A stretch of DNA of 64,000 bases, from contig CP064973.1 of assembly GCA_016699365.1 (NCBI GenBank), forward strand, positions 301,684-365,683. The letters are read 5' to 3'. A model generated the notes under the pieces. That model worked only from the letters and a program-made list of their open reading frames with translations, was not told where the DNA came from and searched no databases. The translations under genes were made by a program, and so were the position numbers. Below are positions 39,530 through 49,430 of this stretch, piece by piece. Position 1 is the stretch's first letter. Each line of letters opens with the position of its first letter. Origin of the DNA: Candidatus Nomurabacteria bacterium. GTDB lineage: Bacteria > Patescibacteriota > Minisyncoccia > Phycocordibacterales > UBA9973.

Positions 39530-40105
39530 TTACTTGTTGAAGTTTTCTTCGATCACTTTCCAGTTTAGGTTTTCAAAAAAGTCTGCAACATACTGCTTCT
39601 TTCCGCTTGGTTGATAGTCAGCAACGTATGAGTGTTCCCACATGTCTATAGCAAGAATCATTTCGCAACCATTGAGTTGTCCCAAGTGTTGCTCGTCTAC
39701 CCATGAAGCGAGGAATTTATCTTCTTTCCTGTCATACCAAAGTACTGCCCATCCGATACCGCGGGTGAGAGCGAGTGCAGAAAATTCTTTTATAAATACT
39801 TCATATGATCCGAAAAGTTCTACGAGCCTTTTGCCGAGGTTGCTTTCAGGATCAAATGCAGCAGGTCCACCTTCGAGGGAAGCGAAATATACTTCGTGGT
39901 TTCGCATTCCGTTGTATTCGAAACTAAAACGACGGAAAAGTTCTCCTGCAATATACGCATCTGTCGTACTATCAATTTTCGACATTTTTTCAATGATTCC
40001 GTTCGCATTTTTTACATAGCCTTCGTAAAGTTTGATATGTTCTTCGATAGTTTTTGCACTGATTCCTTTAAGGGTGGGGATATTGAAAGTTTTTGGTGTA
40101 AACAT
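39530..40105 (-). CDS. sodA: Fe/Mn superoxide dismutase
   Basis: DMWEHSYV(A)DYQ and N-terminal HH.KHH-type motifs. Confidence 0.85.
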   Translation of the reverse strand: MFTPKTFNIPTLKGISAKTIEEHIKLYEGYVKNANGIIEKMSKIDSTTDAYIAGELFRRFSFEYNGMRNHEVYFASLEGGPAAFDPESNLGKRLVELFGSYEVFIKEFSALALTRGIGWAVLWYDRKEDKFLASWVDEQHLGQLNGCEMILAIDMWEHSYVADYQPSGKKQYVADFFENLNWKVIEENFNK

Positions 40106-40177
40106 GTATTTTAGGTTTATTGTTAATGTATATATTCTAACATATTTGTATTTATTGGTTTTGCTATAATCAAGACT

Positions 40178-41038
40178 GTGAAGAACAGAAAAATTATAAC
40201 TATATTTGCATTTTTATTTTTGTTTTGCATAACTGTGTGGTCACAGTCTCAGGTAATTGAGGTTCCAAAAGACGGAGATCTTCTAAAGGTTTCATTTTTA
40301 GATGTTGGACAGGGGGATGCGATATACATAGAAGCTCCAAATGGTCGACAGATGATAATTGACGGTGGGCCGAGTCAATCTATCTTAAGATCTTTACCAG
40401 AAGTCATGTCTTTTGGAGATAAAACTATAGATGTAATTGTAATTACGAATCCGGACTTAGATCATTATAGTGGCTTTATTCCAGTTTTAGATAATTATAG
40501 TATTGGTGCAGTCTTGGAAGCTGGGACCAGCTCAGATACAAGCATGTACAAAGTTCTTCAGAATAAAATAAAGGCCGAGGATGTTCCGCATATAGTTGCT
40601 TTTAAAGGTCAACGTATTGTTTTGGATGAAAGTAAAAATATATATTTTGAAATTCTTTTTCCAGACAGAGATGTATCGGGGTGGTCTAGTAATGATGGTT
40701 CTCTAATTGGCAGATTGGTTTATGAAGATACGACTATTTTATTTATGGGAGATTCAACAAAATTGGCTGAGGGGATAGTTGTATCAGGAAGTGATATATC
40801 TGGTACTGATATCTTGAAAGTTGGTCATCATGGTTCTTCTACATCTACAGGCACCGCGCTACTAGAAGAGGCTCGTCCTAAGTTGGCTATTATTTCATCT
40901 GGATTGAACAATAGATATGGTCATCCAAAAAAAGATGTAACTGATAGACTTTCAAATTTTGGTATTCCTTATCTCGTTACCATGTATGAGGGTACAATAA
41001 ATTGTGAAAGTGACGGGGTAGAGTTTGTTTGTGAATAA
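40178..41038 (+). CDS. ComEC-type metallo-beta-lactamase-fold protein (the separated C-terminal domain of ComEC), secreted/anchored
   Basis: Motifs VSFLDVGQGDA, ITNPDLDHYSG, VGHHGSSTST and YGHP are typical of the ComEC MBL domain. Confidence 0.7.
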   Translation: MKNRKIITIFAFLFLFCITVWSQSQVIEVPKDGDLLKVSFLDVGQGDAIYIEAPNGRQMIIDGGPSQSILRSLPEVMSFGDKTIDVIVITNPDLDHYSGFIPVLDNYSIGAVLEAGTSSDTSMYKVLQNKIKAEDVPHIVAFKGQRIVLDESKNIYFEILFPDRDVSGWSSNDGSLIGRLVYEDTTILFMGDSTKLAEGIVVSGSDISGTDILKVGHHGSSTSTGTALLEEARPKLAIISSGLNNRYGHPKKDVTDRLSNFGIPYLVTMYEGTINCESDGVEFVCE

Positions 41039-41072
41039 AAAATTCCCCTTATAAAGGGGAATTTTTTATTTG
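41038..41072. terminator. Bidirectional terminator (TTCCCCTT-ATAA-AGGGGAA)
   Basis: Hairpin with flanking A and T tracts. Confidence 0.65.
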
Positions 41073-41073
41073 A

Positions 41074-41310
41074 TTACACCAGCCTTTTTAGAGTAGCATA
41101 TGCACCATTTTTGTTTATTGTGCGTAGGCCTCTTGTTGATATTGTTAGATTTAGAGTTTTACCAATCTCAGGTACATAAATACGCTTTTTTTGTAGGTTT
41201 ACATATCGGCGAGTTTTGCCGGTAGGGGTAAAAATCGTCGCACGAGTGCGATTCGCGTATTTACCTGCTGTAATACTATTTCTTTTTGTTACTGCGCATT
41301 GTTTTGACAT
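41074..41310 (-). CDS. rpmB: 50S ribosomal protein L28
   Basis: 78 aa; MSKQCAVTKR...KRIYVPE pattern. Confidence 0.65.
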   Translation of the reverse strand: MSKQCAVTKRNSITAGKYANRTRATIFTPTGKTRRYVNLQKKRIYVPEIGKTLNLTISTRGLRTINKNGAYATLKRLV

Positions 41311-41362
41311 AAATATTCACTTAAGATATAAGCTTTTGCATGTTATCATATATAGTATTGGT

Positions 41363-41980
41363 ATGCAAGAATTAGATGCAATTTTCTATATTTTGATTCT
41401 TTTAATGTCTGTCGTTATACACGAGGTGGCTCACGGTTTTGCTGCGGAAAAATTGGGCGACCCAACAGCTCGTATAGCAGGAAGATTAACATTGAATCCT
41501 ATAAAACACCTAGACCCAATAGGTTCGGTTCTTATACCGTTACTTTTAGTTATATCAAATACAGGTTTTATATTTGGCTGGGCTAAGCCCGTTCCCTACA
41601 ATCCAAATAACTTGAGGGATAAAAAATGGGGGACAGTTTTCGTGGCTTCTGCTGGAGTTTTAGCCAACTTAACCCTTGCTGTTATCTTTTCTGTTGTTAT
41701 CAGGGTGCTTAGTATTTCTGGCATTTTTAGTAGTTCTTTTGTAGCAGTACTCGGTGCTGTAGTTTTGGTAAATTTAGTTTTGTTTATTTTTAATTTAATA
41801 CCAATCCCACCTTTGGATGGTTCAAAAATATTATTTGCTCTTTTGCCTGCAAAATACAGAAACATTGAGATATTCATGGAAAGATACGCCCTTCCGATTT
41901 TGATTTTATTTATTGTATTTCTGTGGAAATATGTTTCACCTCTTTTATTGTGGTTATTTGCAACATTAACAGGATTTTAG
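41363..41980 (+). CDS. Site-2 protease family / peptidase M50 zinc metalloprotease
   Basis: HEVAHG (HExxH) in a TM helix, plus NLIP..PLDG. Start moved from 41216 to 41363 to avoid antisense overlap with rpmB. Confidence 0.65.
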   Translation: MQELDAIFYILILLMSVVIHEVAHGFAAEKLGDPTARIAGRLTLNPIKHLDPIGSVLIPLLLVISNTGFIFGWAKPVPYNPNNLRDKKWGTVFVASAGVLANLTLAVIFSVVIRVLSISGIFSSSFVAVLGAVVLVNLVLFIFNLIPIPPLDGSKILFALLPAKYRNIEIFMERYALPILILFIVFLWKYVSPLLLWLFATLTGF

Positions 41981-41984
41981 ATTC

Positions 41985-43886
41985 ATGAAGAGAATTTTAT
42001 TTTTATTTATAATATCAATATTTTTTCTAAATGTTTTTTCTGTGGTTGCTTCTGAGACTGAGGGTACTATTGATGTAGATAGTTATACTTCAAAAATATA
42101 TACACACGGGGAATTGATTTATTGGCTTGTCCCTGGCAATGCTGGTGCAGAAGATGTTCTTATAACTGATACTACTGTTGTTGGAGATATTTGGGGTCCT
42201 AGTTTAGGGTGGATTCATTTGGATCCGAATTCTGGTGGCGTTTTAAATGACCCGGATGCAGATTCTTCTCGAGGCCAGCTTTCGGGATATGCGTGGGGAG
42301 AGGGTGCAGGGTGGATAAATTTTGGTCCGTTTTCAAATAGCTCCACACAAGAAGTCTATATAGATATGGATGGAGAGTTTGTTGGTTTTGCATGGAGTGA
42401 AAACTATGGCTGGATACAATTTGACTGTGGTGTTACAGGAGCTTGCGTAAAGACTGATTGGAGACCTAAAGATGCTAGAGATGGGGACACCACTGGGGGT
42501 GGTGGGGGCAATCCTCCAAGTTTATGTTCTGATGTAAATGCTACAAATTACGGTGGAAGTCTTCCTTGTACATATATAATTTCTATTTGTTCTGATGTTG
42601 CTGCAGCTAACTTCGGCGGCGCATCACCTTGTAATTATCCGCCTAGTGAATGTGTAGGGGTGGAATGTAATCCACCAGAAGAACAAGATGTGTGTGGAGA
42701 TTTGTTTGCTACAAATTACGGCGGATCGTTACCTTGTAATTATTCACCTAGTGAATGTGTTGGCGCAGAATGTAATCCACCAGAAACTTGCACGGGTGAT
42801 GATTGTGTTCCACCACCTCCACCACCTACCGATATAGACGTAGAAGATTGTGTTGGTATTGGTTGTGTTGCAGATGATGGTATCAATTTTATTGATGATC
42901 TGTCAGGAGGAGTAGAAGATTATATAAACAGTGCAGATGGAGGTCTAGCGACTAGAATTTTTACTGGTTTTGCTCTTACAACTAGTGCTGTTATATCGAT
43001 TGCTTCGCTGTTGTTCATGAACCCACTCTCACTCTCTGAACTTGTTTTTATTCCTTTTAGATTGTGGTCGCTACTACTGGCAGCATTTGGATTATCAAAA
43101 CGCCGTCCACCATGGGGAACTGTCTACGATTCTATAACCAAGCAACCTCTTGATCCGGCGTATGTTGTTTTGTATGACAAATATGGAAGTGAAGTATCAA
43201 CATCTATAACTGATCTAGATGGACGTTTCGGCTTCTTGGTTCCAGGTGGAATATATAAAATAATCGCCAATAAAACTAACTATAAATTTCCTTCAGAAAA
43301 ATTAGCTGGCCAGAAGAAAGATGAGCTCTATCAAGATTTGTATTTTGGCGAAGAATTAGAGGTTACAGAAAATTCTCCGATTACAAAAAATATTCCTATG
43401 GATCCAATAAACTTTGATTGGAATGAATTTGCAAAGAAACAACAAAAACTGATGAAGTTCTATTCAAGACGTGATGCTATTTTCAGACAAATATCTGACA
43501 CTTTATTTGCGGCTGGATTCTTTATATCTTTTATTGCGTTTCTAGTATCTCCTGTTTTGTACAATATAATTATATTTAGTTTATATATATTACTGTTTAT
43601 TCTTAGAGAGGTTGGATATAAAGCACATAAGTTGGGTGGAATTGTTGATAAGGCAACTGGTCTACCTCTGTCGTATGCAATATTGAGAGTTTATTCTGTG
43701 GCAAATAACCAGGAAATCACACACAAGGTTGCTGATGCGAGAGGTCACTACTATTGTCTAATTTCAAATGGAAATTATTATGTGACAATAGAAAAGAAAA
43801 ACGAAGATTCTACTTATACAAAGGTTTTCGTATCACTTGCTTTTGAAGTTAAGGATGGTCACATAAAAGATGTATTCAGTGTATAA
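41985..43886 (+). CDS. Hypothetical membrane protein with a tandem Cys-rich repeat region and a C-terminal TM domain
   Basis: Signal/TM N-terminus; repeats CSDV.A.N(Y/F)GG..PC.Y...EC(V)G.ECNPPE; several TM helices near the C-terminus. Confidence 0.55.
   Translation: MKRILFLFIISIFFLNVFSVVASETEGTIDVDSYTSKIYTHGELIYWLVPGNAGAEDVLITDTTVVGDIWGPSLGWIHLDPNSGGVLNDPDADSSRGQLSGYAWGEGAGWINFGPFSNSSTQEVYIDMDGEFVGFAWSENYGWIQFDCGVTGACVKTDWRPKDARDGDTTGGGGGNPPSLCSDVNATNYGGSLPCTYIISICSDVAAANFGGASPCNYPPSECVGVECNPPEEQDVCGDLFATNYGGSLPCNYSPSECVGAECNPPETCTGDDCVPPPPPPTDIDVEDCVGIGCVADDGINFIDDLSGGVEDYINSADGGLATRIFTGFALTTSAVISIASLLFMNPLSLSELVFIPFRLWSLLLAAFGLSKRRPPWGTVYDSITKQPLDPAYVVLYDKYGSEVSTSITDLDGRFGFLVPGGIYKIIANKTNYKFPSEKLAGQKKDELYQDLYFGEELEVTENSPITKNIPMDPINFDWNEFAKKQQKLMKFYSRRDAIFRQISDTLFAAGFFISFIAFLVSPVLYNIIIFSLYILLFILREVGYKAHKLGGIVDKATGLPLSYAILRVYSVANNQEITHKVADARGHYYCLISNGNYYVTIEKKNEDSTYTKVFVSLAFEVKDGHIKDVFSV
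42525..42795 (+). repeat. Three diverged tandem repeats of ~90 nt encoding Cys-rich modules
   Basis: The nucleotide and protein motif repeats three times: TGTTCTGATGT..GCTACAAATTACGG..CCTTGTAATTAT..AGTGAATGTGT. Confidence 0.5.
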
Positions 43887-43892
43887 GATAAA

Positions 43893-45614
43893 ATGTATAG
43901 ATTTAAAATTTTTAAAAAAAATATACTACGCGAAAACCGACTTCTAGTCATCGCACTTCTTTTTCTATTCGTCTTCTCTATAACAATCAGAGCTTTTGCA
44001 ACATATCCAGCAACTCCATTTGCTCCGTCTGATCAAGAAAACGATCCTTCTTGTTCTCCTGGTGATGCAAACTGTTATGTAACTCCTATGGCAATTGGGG
44101 AGACTGTGGGGACGGGGACACTCGGATCTGTTTTATTTCTTGGAACAGCAGGTATTTTAGCTGAAGACAATACGAATTTCTTTTGGGATGATACAAATAA
44201 TAGACTTGGTCTCGGTACAGCATCACCAGATACAATTTTAGATATCACAGGTTCTGGTGGTGGAGCACTTTTTACTTTTAATACTGGTGGTACAAACAAG
44301 ACTGCTCAAATAAACTTTGTTGATGCAAGTACGAGTAAGGCGGTTTTAGGATGGGATGGACCCAATGCTCGTTTTGAGCTTGATACGGATGAATCAATAT
44401 ATCTCGGGGATATGGCAACAGAAGATTATTATTTTTCTATTGAAAGAGGATCTTTTATGCTTACCGGTGGACAAACGAGTGTGTACAATTCAACTGGAGC
44501 TGACTTGGTTGTTAGTGGAGACAGTGACGGGGTTTCCGTTTCACCCGGTATAAATACTTTTGAGATGGCAATATATTCTAGTGCTGCAGGCATTATGCCT
44601 CTTTGGATAAATCTTGCTACGAGTCAGACTGCGAATGCTATCACTGTGACAGACAATGGAGGAAGTACTCTCACTGCGATTACTGCAGGCGGTCTTGTAC
44701 AAGCAACTTCTGGCTCAACAACAACTCCTGGTTTTGGATTTGTGGGTGATACTGATAACGGTTTATACCGTGCTACTACAAATGAAATAGGCTTAGTCAC
44801 AGCAAGCACTGAACGTTTACGCATCGATGCTGCTGGAGAAATAGGAATAGGAGATACAACACCAGACTACTTACTTGATGTTGAAAACACAGGAGTAGAT
44901 ACAAATATATTTGCTCTAACTGATTCGGATGGTGCCTGTTTACACAATCCAGAAGCGGGAACCGAAACGGTAACTTGTTCTTCTGATGAAAGATTGAAGG
45001 AGAATATAGTCAATGCTGATCCGCTGTTGCCTTACTTTAGAGAATTTAATATTCGTGAGTATGACGTGCGCGCTTCGGGAGATCATATGGTTGGAGTTGT
45101 TGCACAAGAAGTCCAAGAAATATATCCCGATTTAGTAAAAATGGGTGGCAATGGTTTTTATACTGTTGAAATACCGAGCACTTGGCAAGTGATCAAAGCT
45201 ATACAGGAGCTTGATATATCTATTCAGAGTATCTCATCTCTTTCTCTTGAAAATGAAAGATCATTGGCAAGTATTATGATTGACTGGTTTTCCGATGCCG
45301 CAAACGGAATACAAACTTTTTTTGCTAGAGAAATACACACAAACGTATTATGTGTAGGAGAAGTGTGTGTCACTGAAGAAGAATTTTTAAATATTGTAAA
45401 TAAAAATAATGAATCTGTTGGTAATGAAGTATCTTCTGATCAGAATATAAATAGTGAAGATATTCCTTCTGAAGAAGATTCGATTACTCCGCTAGAAGAA
45501 GTAGTTATACCAAACGAGGAACCTCCTGTAGAAAGTGAACCAACTATTGTTCCAGATGAAGAAACCACACCTGAAATTCCAGATCTTGAAGAAGAACCTC
45601 TAATATTGGAATAA
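43893..45614 (+). CDS. Membrane-anchored tail-fibre-like protein with a C-terminal intramolecular-chaperone (peptidase S74-like) domain
   Basis: N-terminal TM segment; Gly/Thr-rich repeat body; C-terminal motifs SSDERLKENIV and GDHMVGVVAQEVQEIYP. Confidence 0.6.
   Translation: MYRFKIFKKNILRENRLLVIALLFLFVFSITIRAFATYPATPFAPSDQENDPSCSPGDANCYVTPMAIGETVGTGTLGSVLFLGTAGILAEDNTNFFWDDTNNRLGLGTASPDTILDITGSGGGALFTFNTGGTNKTAQINFVDASTSKAVLGWDGPNARFELDTDESIYLGDMATEDYYFSIERGSFMLTGGQTSVYNSTGADLVVSGDSDGVSVSPGINTFEMAIYSSAAGIMPLWINLATSQTANAITVTDNGGSTLTAITAGGLVQATSGSTTTPGFGFVGDTDNGLYRATTNEIGLVTASTERLRIDAAGEIGIGDTTPDYLLDVENTGVDTNIFALTDSDGACLHNPEAGTETVTCSSDERLKENIVNADPLLPYFREFNIREYDVRASGDHMVGVVAQEVQEIYPDLVKMGGNGFYTVEIPSTWQVIKAIQELDISIQSISSLSLENERSLASIMIDWFSDAANGIQTFFAREIHTNVLCVGEVCVTEEEFLNIVNKNNESVGNEVSSDQNINSEDIPSEEDSITPLEEVVIPNEEPPVESEPTIVPDEETTPEIPDLEEEPLILE
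43929..44101 (+). repeat. 173-nt segment 100% identical to 45731-45903 (5' cassette shared by the two fibre-protein paralogs)
   Basis: Exact nucleotide identity by direct comparison. Confidence 0.8.
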
Positions 45615-45676
45615 GTATTGGTTTTAAACATATTCAAGAGATATAATCTATTTTTTGAGATATAATAGATTTGTAG

Positions 45677-48600
45677 ATGTTTAAACAAAAGATTTTAGGA
45701 AAAATCAAAAAGTTCTACACTTTTTCAGTGCGCGAAAACCGACTTCTAGTCATCGCACTTCTTTTTCTATTCGTCTTCTCTATAACAATCAGAGCTTTTG
45801 CAACATATCCAGCAACTCCATTTGCTCCGTCTGATCAAGAAAACGATCCTTCTTGTTCTCCTGGTGATGCAAACTGTTATGTAACTCCTATGGCAATTGG
45901 GGAAGTTGTTGGTTCAGGTGACGACAATTCAGTGCTCTTTATTGATACCAATGGTGACCTTGCAGAAGATAGTACCAATTTTTATTTCGATGATTCCACA
46001 GATACTCTATATATAGACAATGTTACGCTGGCAAATAATTTAGAAATAACTACAACTTCAAGTTCTACTGTCGGTGTTTTAACAAAAGACGGAACACGTT
46101 TTTTGCATTCATATAAACCAGCTGGAACAAATGACAACTTGTTTTTGGGTAAAGGAGCAGGAAACTTTACACTCTCTGCAACATCAAACTTCAATGCCAA
46201 TACTGGTATAGGAGAGAACTCACTCGCAACACTTTCTACTGGTTATTTCAACACTGCCTTGGGTACAGCTGCTCTTAGATATACAACTACCGGAAACAAT
46301 AATACTGCTGTTGGGTTACAGGCAGGTAATCGTATTACTACAGGTACATATAACGTGGCTGTTGGGCGAGATGCTTTATACGGAGCAGGCTCACCTTCTA
46401 GTGCATCGGGCTCATACAACGTCGCTTTGGGTTATGCTCCTTTGTATTCTCTTTCAACAGGATCAAATAACGTAGCTGTTGGATATCAAGCAGGTTTGAA
46501 TTCATCTTCTGCAGGGAACAATGTGTTTCTTGGATATGAAGCAGGTCACGACATTACAACAGAATCAGGAAATATTTTTATTGGATATCAAGCAGGAGCT
46601 GACGCAACTGGGTCTGATCAGTTATACATAGAAAACACCAACAGTGCATCACCGCTTATTTTTGGAGATTTTGCAAATGATTATGTAAATATAAATGGAA
46701 GACTTGGTGTTGGAACATCGCCATTGTTGAAATTGGACGTAGCAGGTTCGGGTAGATTTACAGGAGCAGCTACCTCTGTTTTAACAGGATCTATAGATGC
46801 TACTGCTTCTACTACTGTTACAGGTGTCGGTACTCTTTTCTCAACAGAGCTTGTAGTTGGGGATAGAATTACAGTTTCAGGAGAATCACGAACTGTTACA
46901 GCGATTGCTTCGGACACAAGCTTAACTGTTGACACTGCATTTACTGATACAGCAAACGATGCATCGCCCGACAAACTTGCAGCGATCTTTATTGCGCGCG
47001 GATCTGACAGTACTCTCACTATGGTCCAAAACAATTTTGGAAACATTGGAATAGGAACTAGTAGTCCAGATTTTGAAGTGGAAGTGGTTTCAGCTTCTCA
47101 GAACGTTGAAGTAGTTGCTTCTGGATACAATGGTAGAAAGCCAGTTTTTGCAGGACGAAGTGCAAATGGAACAGAAGCTGTGCCAACCGCAACAGTTGCG
47201 ACAGATATACTTGCAGAATTTGCAGGTCAAGGGTATGGGGCGACAGGTTTTGCTCCTTCATCCACTGCATCTATTAGAGTTGTTGCAGAAGAAACTTTTG
47301 ATGATGCAGGATATGGTTCACAACTTTTGTTTCGCACTACTCCAAACAACTCAACCACCCTTACTTCTCGTATGGTTATAACAGCAGATGGCAATGTGGG
47401 TATTGGGGACACGGGTCCGGATAACATTCTTGATATTGCGGCAGATGCTGCTGCTGGTATTGCAATTAGCGCATCGGGTGTTGATGTTGATCCTTATATA
47501 AAATTTGAGCTCGTAGACAATACACCATCTTTCACTATAGGCGTAGATGATTCTGATAGTGATAGTTTCAAGATATCTACTACAGCACTTGGGACAAGTG
47601 ATAGATTTATTATTGATTCATCTGGAAACATAAATGTTGGAGGAGATGGGACACCAGGATCACTTTTCTCTGTTGGTTCAACTTCACAATTTCAAGTTGG
47701 TTCGTCTGGTTCGATCGATGCCGTTACAACAATCACAACATCGGGAGGAATAATCATTGGATCTTCTGGAACAGGTGCTCTTAGTGTTGGAACTACTTCT
47801 GGTGTTTACAGAACAACAAGTGCTGGTAGTAACGTTACGCCTCAAACAGTTTTTGATGTAGATAACTCAAACTCCACCGCTGGTTCTCAAGCATATATTT
47901 TTGATACAAATAGTGGGTTTGTTTTTACTGCCGCAAACGGTGCACGTCGTATTGCACGAGCAGCAATTGATATTACCAATCTTACAAATACCGCAGGTTC
48001 TGAAACAGGTGATTTAGCTTTTTCTACTAAACCATCAGGTGCTGCAATAACCGAACGCTTACGCATCGATGCATCAGGAGAAGTTGGTATTGGAGACACA
48101 ACTCCAGACTATCTGCTTGATGTTGAGAATACCGGGGTTGATACAGATGTATTTGCTCTCACTGATTCTGATGGTGCTTGTTTGCACAATCCTGAAGCTG
48201 GATCTGAGACCGTAACTTGTTCTTCTGATGAAAGATTGAAGGAGAATATAGTTGACGCGAATAGTATCTTGCCTTACTTCATGGATTTTCGTATTAGAGA
48301 ATACGATGTTTTGGCATCCGGTGATCATATGACTGGAGTTATTGCTCAGGAGGTAATGGAGGTTTACCCAGAACTTGTCAGAATGGGTGGCAATGGTTTT
48401 TATACTGTTGAAATACCGAGCACTTGGCAAGTAATAAAAGGTATTCAAGAGCTAAAGATATCAATTGATGATTTAGAATCTTTTGATTTAGAGAATGAAA
48501 ATTCACTAGCACATAAGATTATTCTCTGGCTAAATGACACTACAAATGGAATCCAAAATATATTTGCAAAACGAGTGACTGTTGAAGAGCTCTGTGTTGA

Positions 48601-48889
48601 GGATGTTTGTATAACAAAAGATGATCTTTTGGATATTTTAGATGATAGTGGTTCGTATACTCCTGTTGTGAATGATGGTGGTAATACAGAAGAAACTCCT
48701 ATAGATGATCCAATTATTGAAGAAGAACCAGTAGATTCAGAAGGAGATGGTGTAATTGAAGAGGAAAATACTCCAGAGGAGCCGCCAGTAGAAGAAGAAA
48801 TTGTCTCAGATGAAAATACCGAAGAATTGGGTGGTGGTACTGAAGGGGATCCACAATCCGAAGAGGGTGCAGGTGGAGAAGTCATATAA
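45677..48889 (+). CDS. Membrane-anchored tail-fibre-like protein (1070 aa), paralog of 43893..45614, with the same S74-like C-terminal domain
   Basis: Identical N-terminal 58 aa; body of (N/G)..(A/V)(V/L)G..AG-type repeats; C-terminal motifs SSDERLKENIV and GDHMTGVIAQEV. Confidence 0.6.
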   Translation: MFKQKILGKIKKFYTFSVRENRLLVIALLFLFVFSITIRAFATYPATPFAPSDQENDPSCSPGDANCYVTPMAIGEVVGSGDDNSVLFIDTNGDLAEDSTNFYFDDSTDTLYIDNVTLANNLEITTTSSSTVGVLTKDGTRFLHSYKPAGTNDNLFLGKGAGNFTLSATSNFNANTGIGENSLATLSTGYFNTALGTAALRYTTTGNNNTAVGLQAGNRITTGTYNVAVGRDALYGAGSPSSASGSYNVALGYAPLYSLSTGSNNVAVGYQAGLNSSSAGNNVFLGYEAGHDITTESGNIFIGYQAGADATGSDQLYIENTNSASPLIFGDFANDYVNINGRLGVGTSPLLKLDVAGSGRFTGAATSVLTGSIDATASTTVTGVGTLFSTELVVGDRITVSGESRTVTAIASDTSLTVDTAFTDTANDASPDKLAAIFIARGSDSTLTMVQNNFGNIGIGTSSPDFEVEVVSASQNVEVVASGYNGRKPVFAGRSANGTEAVPTATVATDILAEFAGQGYGATGFAPSSTASIRVVAEETFDDAGYGSQLLFRTTPNNSTTLTSRMVITADGNVGIGDTGPDNILDIAADAAAGIAISASGVDVDPYIKFELVDNTPSFTIGVDDSDSDSFKISTTALGTSDRFIIDSSGNINVGGDGTPGSLFSVGSTSQFQVGSSGSIDAVTTITTSGGIIIGSSGTGALSVGTTSGVYRTTSAGSNVTPQTVFDVDNSNSTAGSQAYIFDTNSGFVFTAANGARRIARAAIDITNLTNTAGSETGDLAFSTKPSGAAITERLRIDASGEVGIGDTTPDYLLDVENTGVDTDVFALTDSDGACLHNPEAGSETVTCSSDERLKENIVDANSILPYFMDFRIREYDVLASGDHMTGVIAQEVMEVYPELVRMGGNGFYTVEIPSTWQVIKGIQELKISIDDLESFDLENENSLAHKIILWLNDTTNGIQNIFAKRVTVEELCVEDVCITKDDLLDILDDSGSYTPVVNDGGNTEETPIDDPIIEEEPVDSEGDGVIEEENTPEEPPVEEEIVSDENTEELGGGTEGDPQSEEGAGGEVI
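45731..45903 (+). repeat. Second copy of the 173-nt identical cassette
   Basis: Exact identity to 43929-44101. Confidence 0.8.
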
Positions 48890-48999
48890 TTTGTATATTT
48901 ATAGTAAATAAGTCTTTTGGCCCTTGCAAAAGGTCGAAGGGTATAGTAAAGTATCCGTACTAGCTTTTACGAGCTATTTAATTTTGAATCTAAACATAG

Positions 49000-49425
49000 A
49001 TGCCAACAGTAAATCAACTTATAAGAAAAAATAGAAAGAAAATAGTCCGTAAGTCAAAAGCGGTCGCTTTGGCGCGTGGTTTTAATGCTATCGACAACAG
49101 ACCTATATTTTACCCATCTCCTTTCAAGAGAGGTGTGTGTACAAAAGTTACAACAACTACTCCAAAAAAGCCTAACTCAGCGCTTCGAAAAATTGCTCGT
49201 GTTCGCCTTACAAACGGAATGGAAGTTACAGCTTATATCCCAGGAGAGGGACACAATATCCAAGAACACTCAGTAGTAGTACTAAGAGGAGGTCGCGTTA
49301 AGGACCTTATTGGGGTACGTTACCACATAGTGCGTGGTGTGCTTGATACACAAGGTGTTGAGAAGCGCCGTCAATCAAGATCATTATACGGAGCAAAGAA
49401 ACCTAAGAAAGACGCTAAGAAATAA
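49000..49425 (+). CDS. rpsL: 30S ribosomal protein S12
   Basis: [10 protein letters not shown]... Confidence 0.9.
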   Translation: MPTVNQLIRKNRKKIVRKSKAVALARGFNAIDNRPIFYPSPFKRGVCTKVTTTTPKKPNSALRKIARVRLTNGMEVTAYIPGEGHNIQEHSVVVLRGGRVKDLIGVRYHIVRGVLDTQGVEKRRQSRSLYGAKKPKKDAKK

Positions 49426-49430
49426 AATAT

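Noticed and set aside
41216-41362. Upstream extension of the M50 protease ORF overlapping rpmB on the opposite strand
   Set aside because: The extension overlaps the 5' end of rpmB antisense and lacks protein-like sequence; the internal ATG at 41363 gives a protein starting just before the first TM helix and HExxH.
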